64,000 bases of DNA from Scenedesmus sp. PABB004 (Eukaryota): NCBI GenBank assembly GCA_014905635.1, contig JABVCE010000018.1, positions 682,001-746,000 of the forward strand. The letters run 5' to 3'. Under the pieces are notes generated by a model. It searched no databases. It was given only the letters and a program-made list of their open reading frames with translations, and was not told where the DNA came from. Every line of letters starts with the position of its first letter. Position 1 is the stretch's first letter. The translations under genes and the position numbers were made by a program. Positions 9,886-20,905 of this stretch are shown here, piece by piece.

Positions 9886-12800
9886 CCCACCCCTGCCCCC
9901 GCCGGGCGCCCACCCTGCCAGGCGTATGAGGGCGGTGCGCTGCACAACCAGGAGGCGCGCCGCATGGCCGTGACGGTCGCGGGCAGCACATTTGTGCGCA
10001 ACACCGCCGACAGCGGCGGCGCGATCAAGATCTTTGACGCCGCCGTGCTGCTGGACAACTGCACCTTCCTCTCAAACGCCGTGAGCAGAGGCGAAAGCAC
10101 CGCCGCCGCCGCCGCCGCAAAGCACCGCCGCCGCCGCCGCCGCCCCTGCCGCACACCGCGCAGGGGCAGAGGCCCAGCCGCGTGCGCCCGGCTGCGCGCG
10201 CCCGCCGCCGCCGCCGCCGACTGCCGGCCGCCACGCGGCGCGGCCGCCGCCGCGCAGGCCATCCTGGCGGACGGCGGCTCAATCCAGCTCTCGACCGGCA
10301 TCGGCCTCGGGCTGCGCAACGCGCAGGTCCTGCGCCGGCTGGTCATCGCCAACTCCAGCGCCGCGACCAACGGCGGCGCGCTGAGCGTGGCCGGCGGCGA
10401 CGCGCTGCTGCTGGAGGACGTGACCATCACCGCCGCCAAGGCGCGCGCCGCGGCGCGCGGGGCCGCGCGCGGGGGGCTGGTGCGCGCGCGCGTGCGCGTG
10501 CGCGCCGAAGGCGCTATCGCCGCCATGCGTCCGCACCGAACTGCCGCACTGCGCCGCCCGCCGCCCGCCACCCCCTCCCCCCGCCTGCGCCAGGCCGGCG
10601 GCGACGGCGGCGGCGCATACCTCGCCTCGCTGCCGCGCGCGGAGCTCGCGCGCTGCAGCATCGCCGGCAGCAGCGCGCGCCGCGGCGCGGGCGGGCTGGC
10701 GGCGGTCGAGGTGGCCAACCTCACGCTGGTGGACGTCCGCCTGATCGGCAACAGGGTGCGCCGCGCCGCGTCCCGCTCTGCTGCACCGCGCCGCGCCGCG
10801 AGCCAACGCCCGCCCACGCCGTCGCCGCCGCCGTCGCCGGTGCCGCCGCCGCGGCAGGGCGTGGTCGGCGGCGGCCTCGGCGCGCGCGGCGTGCGCGCGG
10901 GCGAGCTGCGGGGCTGCACGCTCTTTGGCAACGCCGCGAGCACGGCTGGCGGGGGGCTGGCGGCGCTCGGCTGCGCCCGCCTCACACTGGCCGGCGGCGC
11001 GCTGTCCGGCAACGTCGCGCCGCTGGGCGGCGGGCTCGCTGCGGACAGCAGCGGCCTGGCGCTGGACGGCGTGGCCATCGCCGACAACGTGGCGGCGCCG
11101 CAGGGCATGCCGGTGCGCGCCCGCGCCGCCGCCGCCGCCGCCGTCGCCAGGCGAACCCGCAGTCCCGCCGCCCCGTGCCGTGCCGCGCGCTCACGCGCTC
11201 CGCGCGCCCCCCGCCGCCCCGCGCCGCGGGCCGACCAGGCCGCCGCGGTGGCGCTCAACCGGCAGCCCCCAGGCGCGGCGCGCGGCGGGAGCGGGCTGCT
11301 GGCGTTTGAGTCGCTCGTGCACCCGCAGGGCAGCGGCGGCGGCGGCCTGGTGCAGCGCGGGTCGCTGGCGCTGTCGCGGTGCGCCGTGACCAACAACACC
11401 GCGCAGCGCGACGCCGGCGGGCTGCTGCTGGAGCAGCCGCGGCGGCTCGACGCGTCGCGCTGCGCGTTTGAGGCCAACACCGCCAACCTCGGCGAGGGCG
11501 GCGCGCTGCTCATGCGCGGCGTCGGCGCGCCGGCGCGCGGCGCGCTGGCGCGCTGCGCCTTTGCCCGCAACGCCGCACGCTCGGCCAGTGGCGGCGGCCT
11601 CGCGCTCGACTCGGGCCTCGGCGCGCTGCACGTCACGTGCGACGGCTGCACCTTTGACCGCAACGCCGCGGCCGCCGACGGCGGCGGCGTCGCCGCGAGC
11701 GGGCCGACCGCGTTTGCCTGCGACGCGTGCGACGCGATCGGCAACACCGCGGGCCGCAGCGGCGGCTGGCTCGCGTGCGCGGGCTGCGCGGCCGCGCGCC
11801 TCGCCGACGGCGCGGGCCGCGACAACGCCGCCGACCTCGCGGGCGGCTCGGTCGCGTGCGACGGCTGCGGCGCGTTCACGGCGCGCGGCACGGCCTGGTC
11901 GGCCAACACGGCGCTCACCGGCGGCGCGGTGGCGGTGCAGGCGACGCGCGACGTCGAGCTGCGGGGCTGCCGCTTCGACGACAACACCGCCACCGGCTCC
12001 GCGGCCGCCGGCCCCGCGCCCCGCCCCGGCCCCGCGCCCGGCGGCGGCGGGGCGGGCGCCGCGGCCGGCGCGGCGCGCGCGGAGCTCGCCGAGCGCATGC
12101 CGCCCGGCTGGCACCTGCTGTTTGACAGCGGCGCCGCCGGTGGCGGCGACGCGGGCTGCTCCGGCGGCCGCGGCTCGGGCGGCGGGCTCTGCGTGGGCGC
12201 CGCGGGGTCCGCGACCGTCGCGGACACCTCGCTCCGCGGCAACGCGGGCACGATCGGCGGCGCCATCTTCGCCTCGGCGGCGGCATGCGCCGGCTGCGGC
12301 GTGAGCCTGGTCGGCGTCGACGCGGCCGGCAACACCGCGACAGAGGCCGGCGGCGCGATCTACACCTCGACGCCGCGCGACGTACGCCTCGGCGGCGACG
12401 GCGGCGAGCCGGTGGGCCTCGCCGCCGCGTCGGCCGCGGTCGCTGCGCTCGCGGCGGCCAACGCCGCCGCGCCGGGCAGCCTCGCCTACGGGCCGGGAGC
12501 GGCGTCGTCGCCTGTCGCGCTCTCGCTGCTGCAGCCCGATGCCGACGCGCTGCCGGCGGCGGGCGACGCGCCGGCGGGCGACGCGCGGCGCCCCGCGGGC
12601 GCCCGCCTGGTCGGCGGGCGCGGCCGGCGCCTGCTGCAGGCGGGCGGCGGCGCGAGCTTTGGCGACGCGCTCACCGCAGCGACGCAGTACTACGGCGGCG
12701 GCGCGCAGCGCGGCGGCGGCGGCGACGACGCGGGCGGGCCCATGCCGGAGCTGCCGCCCGCGTGCCCGCCGCTCGGAGCGACGGTGCTCGGCCCCGGCCG

Positions 12801-13111
12801 CGTGGGCGTGGACGCGGGGCAGATCTTCTCGCTCCCCCTCTACGTCCTGGACGCCTTTGGCTCGCGCGTCTCGCGCGGCCCCGGGAGCGCCTGGCTCGCG
12901 AGCCTCGCGCCGCCGCCGGCCGGCGCGGGCGCGACGCTGTCGGGCGCGGCGCGCGGGCGGCTCGTCGCCGGCGCCGCGCTCCTGGACGGGCTCAGCCTCG
13001 GCGCGCCGCCGGGGAGCAGCCTCGTGCTGCCGCTCACCGCCAGCCCGGGCGAGGGCAGCGCCGACCAGGTGCGCGCGGCGCGCGCCACGCGCCGTGCCCG
13101 CGCCCGCCGTC

Positions 13112-13162
<51 letters not shown>

Positions 13163-15010
13163 CCGCTCACTGCTGGCCGGCGCCGCCGCCGCCGGCGCCG
13201 CGCGCGCGCCGCAGCCGCTCAACGCCAGCATCACCTTTGACGTGCGCCCCTGCCTCGCGGGGCAGCACGTGGGCGACGCGGCGCCACGCGGCGCCGCGTC
13301 GCGGCCGGACGCGTGCTTCGTGTGCGCCGCGCCGCTCTTCAGCTTTGACGCGCAGCGCGGCGCGTGCGTGGAGTGCCCCGCCAACGGCGTGTGCGTGGCG
13401 GGCATGGTCATCCCGCAGCAGGGCTGCTTCTCGCCGCACCCCCGCAGCGCGGCGATCCACGTGTGCCCCCACGCCGCCGCGTGCACGCGGCCCGCGGCGG
13501 CGATGGCCAACCTGCAGGGCCTTGCCTGCGCGAACCGGCGCCACGTCGACCCCGGCGCCATCGACGCGGAGCCCTGGACCGCGCTACAGTGCGCGCAAGG
13601 GTATGCGGGGCCGTTCTGCGGCGCCTGCCACCGCCCCGGGCGGCGGCACTGGCGCGCGGCGCCGCCCGGCGGGCCGCCCCGCGGCTACACCGTGGCGGGC
13701 GGGCCCGTGGAGCTGGCGGTGCCCGGGGGCGCGGCCCACGACGGCCGCGAGGCGTACGGCCGCGCGGCGGGGCGCTGCCGGCGCTGCCCGCACCCGGCGC
13801 TCGCGTGGCTGGCGTGGCTGGCCGTGCGCGCGCTGGACGTGGCCTTTGTGGGGCTGCTCGCGTCGCTCTGGCTCGTGCTGGGCTGGCTCACGCGCTCGCC
13901 GGCCGCGCTCGCGCTGGCGCGCCTCAAGCGCGCGCAGGGCAAGCGCGCGCGCTTCAGCAAGACCGCCGCCGTGGCGTCGCTCGGCAGCGCTCTGCGCGCG
14001 CTGTCGCTCCCGCGCAGCGCGAGCGGGCTGGGCGGCTCGCGCGCGAGTTCAATCGCCCTGAGCGACGCCGGCGCCACCGCCGGCGGCAAAGGCGGCGGCG
14101 GCGGTGGCGGCGACGGCGACAGCGTCACTGGCAGCATCGCCGGCGGCGGAATCGGCGGCCACAGCGGCGACGGCGGCGGCGTCACCATTGGCGGCGGCCG
14201 CAGTGCGCGCCCGCCGGTCGTGCGCAGCCGCAGCCGGCGCGACGTGTCGCGGCAGCCCAGCTTCAGGAGCGTTGCCGAGGAGCGGGAGGAGCTGGACGAC
14301 GGCGCAGCCGACCTGGCCAGCCCCTTTGCGGTGTCGCAGGGCCCGGCCGCCGTGCTGCCGGCGCGCGCGCCGGCGCGGCGCAGCCGCAGCTTTGGCAGGA
14401 GCGTGGGCGGCGACGACCCGGACGACCTCCCCAGCCCCTTTGCGTCGTCGCAGGGCCCGGCCGCGCCGCCGGCGCGCGCGCCGGCGCGGCGCAGCCGCAG
14501 CTTTGGCAGGAGCACCAGCGACATCTCCGACGACCTGGCCAGCCCCTCGGGCTTCGGCGCAGCGCAGGGTGTGAGCGGGCCGCAGCGGTTGCGCGCGCCC
14601 GCGCGGCGCAGCCACAGCTTCAACCGCGCGGCCGCCACCGCTGACGGCGGCATGGCAGGCCCGCTCTCTGCGCCGCCGAGCCCCGGCGGCGGCGGCGCGG
14701 GCTCGCCGGCGCCGCACACCGCCGGCCTGCCCGGGACCGGCGCGGGGGCGCCGCGCAGCACCAGCTTTGCGGGCGCGGAGGAGTCGGGGGACGGCTACGT
14801 ACGCGCCTGGCTGCGCATGCTGTCCGGGCAGCAACCGCGGCCGGGTGGCGTGGGCGCCGGCAGCCTGGACGGCAGCTTCAGCGGCAGCCTGCCGAGCGTG
14901 CGCGGGCCGCTGTCGCGCGCGCCGTCTGGCGTGTACGCCGTGGGCGACGCGCTGAGCACCACCTGGTCGTCTGCGCGCCTGGCGCTGGCCAGCCTGGAGG
15001 CCGCCGAGGG

Positions 15011-15042
<32 letters not shown>

Positions 15043-17076
15043 CGGGCGGCGCCGGCGGCGCGGACGCGGTCGCGGCGGAGCAGATGGCGCTGCTGCTGAT
15101 GGCGGTCAGGTACCTGGCCTGCACGGTGCAGGTGCGGCGGCGTGGCGCAGCCGCCAACGCCAGCAGCCGCGCGCGCGCGGCGGCCCCGCAGCGGCCCTGA
15201 CGCGCCGCCGCCGGCGCCGCCGCTGCCGCCGCACCGCCAGGTGGTTCTGGACTGCGCCCAGATGGCGGCCGTGGTGCTGGCGCAGGACGTGCTCTGGCGC
15301 ACGCCTGACTGGGTCGCGGCGGGGCTGTCTGCGGTCGTCGTCACGCAGGCCAACACCTGGCAGTGGGTGCCGTTTGACTGCCTCCTGCCGCCCAGCTCGC
15401 CCGCGTCGGCCGCCGCAGCGCAGACCATCCTGGCCATGCTGCTGCCACGTGAGCGCGCACGCGCGCTGCCGCCCGCCAGGGCGAGGGAGTGGGCGCCGCC
15501 GCCGGCACGCACGCACGCGGCCGCCCACCGCCGCCGACCGCGGCCGCTGCCGCGCGCAGTGATCTACACCGCCGTCGCCTTCCCGGTCATGGCTGCGCTC
15601 AAGCGCGCGCTGCGCGGCCGCATCGCCGCGGCCGTCGGTGACGCCTCGACGCGCGCCGCGCCGCCGGAGGCAGGTGCCGTCGGGCCGGCGGCCAACGGCG
15701 CCGCCCAAGCCACTGCCAACGGCGCCGCCCACGCCGCTGCCAACGGCTGCGCCGCCAACGGCGCCGCCACCGCGCTGGAGGAGCTGCGGGCGCCGGCCGG
15801 CAAGGGCGCGCCGCGACGGCGCCGCGGCGCGCGCGCCGCGCTGCGCGCGCTGCTGCCGCGCAGCGCCGGCGGCTGGCGCCTGCTCACGGCGGCGGGCGTG
15901 GCGAGCATGGCGTACAGCTACACCCTGTTTGTGGGCGCGCTGGTCAGCGCCTTCACCTGCCTGCGCCTCGCGCCGCCGCCGGGCCTGCCCGGGGAGATTG
16001 ACCTGCGGCGCGAGGTGTGGGTGCCCGACACGCAGCTCACCTGCTGGCGCGGCGAGCACGCGGGCGTGCTCGCCGCTGCGTTGCTGGTCGGCGCCCCGCT
16101 CCTGCTGGGCTACTGGTGGCTGCTGCTCGTGCTGGCCTGGCCGGGGGCGCGCGGCGCTGCGCCGGCGACCGCCGGCGCCGGCGCGGAAGGCGACGCGGAG
16201 GCGGGCGCCGGCGGCGTTGCTGGCTCCCCGCCGGCGGCGCCGGCGCCGGGCGCCGACGCCGGCTGCACGGTCGTTGACGGCCAGGCGCCCGCGGCGCTGG
16301 GCGACGCGGCCGCCGAGCCCGCCACCGGCGCGGCCGCGCCGGGCGCCGCGGCGCCGCCCCTGCCGGGCTGGCGCGCGCGCCTGCGCGCCTGCTGGGGCGC
16401 CGCGCGGCGCCGCGGCGCCGCGCTCCGCGCCTGGCCCGCGCGCGCTGTGTCGCCGCTGGTGGCGCGCTGCGCCGCGGCCGCCGCGGCCGCCGCGGCCGCG
16501 GGCGTGGACGGCACGCGCTGCGCCGGCCTGGGCGTGTGGGACGCGCGCTGGCGCTGGCAGTGGCTGGCGGGTCACGAGGTGCTCAAGGCCTGCGTGGCCG
16601 CGTGCGCGTGCGCCACGTCGATGCGCGCGCCCCACGCGCAGGCGCTGGCCGTCGCCGCGGCGGTCACGGCCAGCGCGTTCGTCACGTGGCTGCGCCACCC
16701 CGGCGGCAGCACGAGCATGGCCCGCCTGCTCTTCCTCGGCTGGGCGTGGGTGCAGCTGCTCGCGCTCGCGGCGCTCGTGCTCGCGCTGCCGGGCCTCAAC
16801 GGCGCCGCGTTTGGCGGCGTGCTGCTCGGCGTGCTGATCGTGTGCATGGCCCACGTCGCCGTCACGCTCGCCGCGCTCGTCGCGCGCTGCGGCGCCGCGT
16901 CGCGGGGGCTCGTCGAGCGCTTCGGCGCGGCGCGCGAGGCGCTCGGCGGCAGCTGGGGCGCGACGCCCGACGCCGAGGGCGACGACGACGAGGAGGAGGA
17001 CGAGGGGGAGGGGGAGGACGACGAGGCGGCAGAGGGGGATGGCGACGGCGCGGGCGCCGAGGCACGGCGCTCGTGA
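7825..17076 (+). CDS. Pmp-like right-handed beta-helix (GGA[ILV]/FxxN repeat) protein with signal peptide, Cys-rich stalk and multiple C-terminal TM helices
   Basis: Signal peptide MAPRAWRRLVLLLALCAALPG; many SFTNNSAGWQGGAI / CTFEANVAETGGAV type repeats; CxxC region at 13.3-13.8 kb; hydrophobic helices at 13.8 and 15.1-16.9 kb; many introns. Confidence 0.85.
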
Positions 17077-17328
17077 GGGTTCGTTCACGTTGCGGTCAAT
17101 GCTGCACTGAATTCCTGTGCCCGCGGGGCAGCTCCATTGCCTTCTTCTTTGCCATTCTTGTCTGCACTTGCACGAGATTCTTGCCAAGCACTGCGCCCCA
17201 CGGCACACGGTCTGCCACGCAAGCTGGGGACGGCGCTGGCGAACTGGGTGATCCGTCGTCGCCGCGCGCTGAGCGGCGCGGCCTGTCCTGGCGCAGTGCA
17301 GTGCGCTGGCGGCGCCAGCGAGCGAGCA

Positions 17329-19995
17329 GCCGGCGCCCTCCTCGTCCTCGTCGGCCAGCAGGTACGCCTCAAAGCCGCCCACCTGCGCGAGCAGCAAGGG
17401 GGTGGGGTGAGGAGCGCAGCGCGGCGGCGAGCGTGGCGCCACGCGATGTCGTCACCGCGGGGCGTGCCGAGCGCTCGCGACGCGCGCGAGAACGACCGCG
17501 GCGCACCTCGCCGACGGCCCAGCCCTGCGCCGCGCCGCGACCGCCGGCGTCGTCGACGAACGACAGCACGCAGTCGAGGCGCGGCGCTGAGGTGATGATG
17601 CCGTAGTGGGCGACGGTGTAGTCGAGGCCTGGCCGCAGCAGGGCGCGGCGCAGCACGGCACGGCGCGGCGCGTCGAGCGCGCCGCGAGGCGCTCGGGCCG
17701 GGGCGCGCGCGGCGGCGGGCGCCACGTGCAGCATAGGCGGCGGGCGCCGCACCCACCCGCGCGGAAGCGCCGGACCTCGCCCGCGTGGCGCAGCACGTCG
17801 ACGCCGAGCATCGCCCGCAGCAGCCGCGCAAACGCGCCGCTCTCAAACAGCTCCGACCTGACACCCGCGAGCAGCGCGCCCGGCCCGGCGGTGCCGGCCG
17901 CGCCGTTGGCGGCCTTGGCCGCGCCGCCGTCGCCGCCGCCGTTGGCGGCGGCGGCGGCGTCGGGCGTGCGGGGCGCGCCGGCGTAGCGCAGGTACCGTTG
18001 CTTGTGGGGCGGGCCCTCCGCCTCCCACCCTGCTCGCGCGGCGGGCAGCGGCGGCGCGGCGGCGGCGCCGAGCTCAGAGCTAGCGGCGCCGCATGAACGG
18101 CGGGCAGCGGCCCGCCTGCCGCCCCGGCCGCGGCCGCGGCCGCGGCCGCGCGCGCGCGGCGCCCACCATCGCCGCAGGCGGCGTCAAACGGCGGGATCGC
18201 GCCGCTGCCGACGCCCTGCGCCGCGTCGGCGGCGGCCGTGGCCGCCGCGATCTGGGCCGCCACGTCGGCGGCGAGGAAGCGCTGCAGCTGCACGCTGCCG
18301 TCCGCCTCCATCGCGGCGCCGACCTGCGGCGCGGCCGGCCGGCGCGGCCCGGCTCAGCGGGCCGCGCCGCGCGCGTTGCCCCCGCGCGCCGCCCCTGCTC
18401 CTCAGCCCTCGCAGCGTGACGGCGCAAGCTGGCGCGCGGCGCGCCGCGCCGCGCCTTGGCCCACGACTCGGGCTTGAGGTACGCCGGGTTGATCCAGCGC
18501 CGCAGCAGCGCCAGGTCAGCGTCGCTCAGCTCGGCGCCGGTCGGCCCGCCTGTGCCGCGCCGGCGCGCGAGCGGGCGCGGCCGCCACGTCGGCACCGGCG
18601 TCCCCAGCGCGCCGCCGCTACGCTGTGGCACGCCCCTCGCGCGCCCTCACCCTCAAACTCGACGTGCCCCTGCAGCGCGTCCTCGCCCGCGCGCATCTGC
18701 AGCTGCTGCAGCGACGCGTGCTGCGCGCCCGCCTGCGGCGCGGCCTTGTGGTACCAGCCGCTGATGCTGAAGCGGGGCTTGTCCGCCGACACCTGGCGCG
18801 GCAAACACAGGGGGGTCAGATTCCCCAGCGAGCAGGGGGCACAGGTGCGCGCGAGCGGCGGCAGGCGGACGGAGGCCTCGGCGGCGGCGGCAGCGGCGCG
18901 GCTCACCACCTCCTGGACCGAGTGGAAGCTCCGCCCCGGCTGCACCACGAACAGGGCCATGCTGTTCCAGTGCGGCAGGAGGCTCGTCGTCGGCGTGACG
19001 TCGGGCGTGTGCGGCTTGCCTGCGGTGCCCGCCGGCGCGAGCGGCGGCGACGGCGGCGCGTCCGGCGCTGCCCCCGTGCGAAGGCTCACGCGCCCCTCCC
19101 TCCTCCGTCGCGCCGCGGCCTCCCACCCGCCGCGTGCCGCCCGCCGCCCGCCGCCCGCGCAGCCCCCGCACCCTCCACCAGGGGGTACAGCTCCAGCGCG
19201 CCGCCGTCGGCGGCGGTCCAGGGGTCGTCCGGGTCTGTCAGGTAGATGATGAACGACACTGCGCGCGTGCCGATGACGTCGTCATGGTTCAGCAGGTGCC
19301 CGCCCTGCGCACGGCGCGCACGGCGCGGTGCTGGGCGCGGCGCCGCGCGGGGCTGTCGACGCAGCGCCGGCGCGTCTGCCGCTCTGCCCGCCCCCGCGTG
19401 CTGCCGTGCCGCGGCGCCGTGAGCGGAGGCGCGCCTGGGCGTAGACGTTGCAGGACAGGTCTGTCTTGTCGCCGAGGCCGCCCACGCCGGTGATGTCCCC
19501 AATGAACCTGGGGCAAGCCGGCGGCGGCGGCGGCGGCGCAAAGGCGGGGGTGGCCACGCGGCGGCACGCAGCACGCACCGGCGCAGCAGGCTCCGGGCAG
19601 CTGCTCGCGGCAGCGGCGGCAGCTGGCGGCGCACTTGCGGAAGGTGGGCGAGTAGATTGCGTCGCGCAGCGCGAGCAGGTTGGGCAGCTTGGCCGCCGAC
19701 TCGGGGTCGAGCGAGTCAAGGTTGGCCAGGTCACCGGTCTGGAAGACCTTGAACAGGTCCGTCTCCTTGTACGTGGCGGCCACGTTGGAGATGACCTCGT
19801 CCCGCACGCGGCGCAGCAGGCCCTCGTCCGCGAGGCCCCGCAGCACGAGGTGCGTGTACGGCGCCGCGCCGTCGTGCGCCGCGCGCAACGCCGCCCGCCC
19901 GCCCTCGTCCAGCAGGCCGGGGGCAATGACGCCGGCCGTGGGGTCGGCGCCGGGCTCGCGGCGGGGGCGCTTGGGGGCCGGCTCGGCGCCGCCGG
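17329..19995 (-). CDS. OGFOD1: Prolyl 3-hydroxylase OGFOD1/Tpa1/Ofd1-like 2OG-Fe(II) dioxygenase, apparently missing its first exon and extreme C-terminus
   Basis: KETDLFKVFQTGDLANLD, GGHLLNHDDVIGTRAVSFIIYL, GGALELY, FVVQPGRSFHSVQEV, RFSISGWYH, WINPAYL, RRFRPGLDYTVAH, VGGFEAYL. Confidence 0.85.
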
Positions 19996-20329
19996 CTGCG
20001 CGGCAGCGGCGCGGCGCCGTCGGGCGCGCGCGGCGCGGGGCGTGAGCGGGCGCTCGGCGTCGCGGCGTGCTCAGCAGAGCTCTACAGACGATATCGCGAC
20101 GTGGCTGGTGCGGCGGCCCCATGGGCTGCTGACGCCGGCGCGGCGGTCAGCATCAGCGACAGCGGCGTCGCGGCAGGTGCGGTGGTCTCTCAGGGTCAGT
20201 TACACACCACACGCTCGCGCGCCACTCAGGCCACTGATGCCGCCGCAGCGGTCAGCGTCAGCAGCGTCGATGCTGGTGCGGCGGCCCCTCGGGCTGCTAG
20301 ATGCTGCTGCTGGCGCGGCGGGTCGGAGT

Positions 20330-20504
20330 GCAGCGCTGGACCTGGCGCGGCGTTATCTGCTTGGTGATCTGCTGCAGGATCAGCTTGCAGTGCACTCGGT
20401 GGCGGATTATGTAATGGATATCTACAAGATGCGGGACACCGCCCTTAAGGGGCGCGGGGTCAATGGGCGCGAGCCTGAGATGTAACCATCTTTGTCTTTG
20501 TCTT
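20330..20504 (+). mobile_element. 5'-truncated non-LTR retrotransposon 3' end, copy 1
   Basis: ORF tail ...YLLGDLLQDQLAVHSVADYVMDIYKMRDTALKGRGVNGREPEM* ends in TGTAA, followed by a (TCTTTG)n tail. Nearly identical to 20595-20697. The 5' boundary is approximate. Confidence 0.6.
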
Positions 20505-20509
20505 ATATT

Positions 20510-20731
20510 GGGCGGTGCGCCGCTGACTGGCGTGGCGAGCATCACTGCTGGCAATGCTCACACCTGCGCGCGGCTGGACAACGGAACGGCAGTGGATTAT
20601 GTAATGATATCTACAAGATGCGGGACACCGCCCTTAAGGGGCGCGGGGTCAATGGGCGCGAGCCTGAGATGTAACCATCTTTGTCTTTGTCTTTTGTCAG
20701 TGTGCTGGGGCAGCAACGGGAACGGCCAGCT
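20510..20731 (+). pseudogene. RCC1-repeat fragment interrupted by a retroelement insertion
   Basis: Removing the insertion restores GAPLTGVASITAGNAHTCARLDNGTAVCWGSNGNGQL, a typical RCC1/BLIP-II repeat. Confidence 0.75.
20595..20697 (+). mobile_element. ~103-bp retroelement 3' end, copy 2, with 5-bp target-site duplication CAGTG
   Basis: CAGTG at 20590-20594 and 20698-20702 flanks a copy of 20405-20504 that carries a 1-nt deletion. Confidence 0.75.
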
Positions 20732-20773
20732 TAGACAAAAGACAAAGATGCTTACAGCTCAGGCTCGCGCCCA
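20731..20773 (-). mobile_element. Inverted, diverged retroelement 3' end, copy 3
   Basis: The reverse complement TGGGCGCGAGCCTGAGCTGTAAGCATCTTTGTCTTTTGTCT matches the ends of copies 1 and 2. Confidence 0.65.
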
Positions 20774-20905
20774 GCGGCGGTCGCTGCAGCAGTCCCAGCG
20801 CAGTTCGCACGCCGTGGCTCTGGTACTCACACCCCGAGGTGGCCCTAGGTCACCCACCGTCTTGATGCCCGCAACTGTGCGGTCTGCGCAGCTGTTAGTC
20901 ACTAC

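Noticed and set aside
20404..20697. Repeat-spacer-repeat pattern suggesting a CRISPR array
   Set aside because: There are only two ~100-bp copies, with a TSD and microsatellite tail, and no cas genes. Retroelement ends explain it better.
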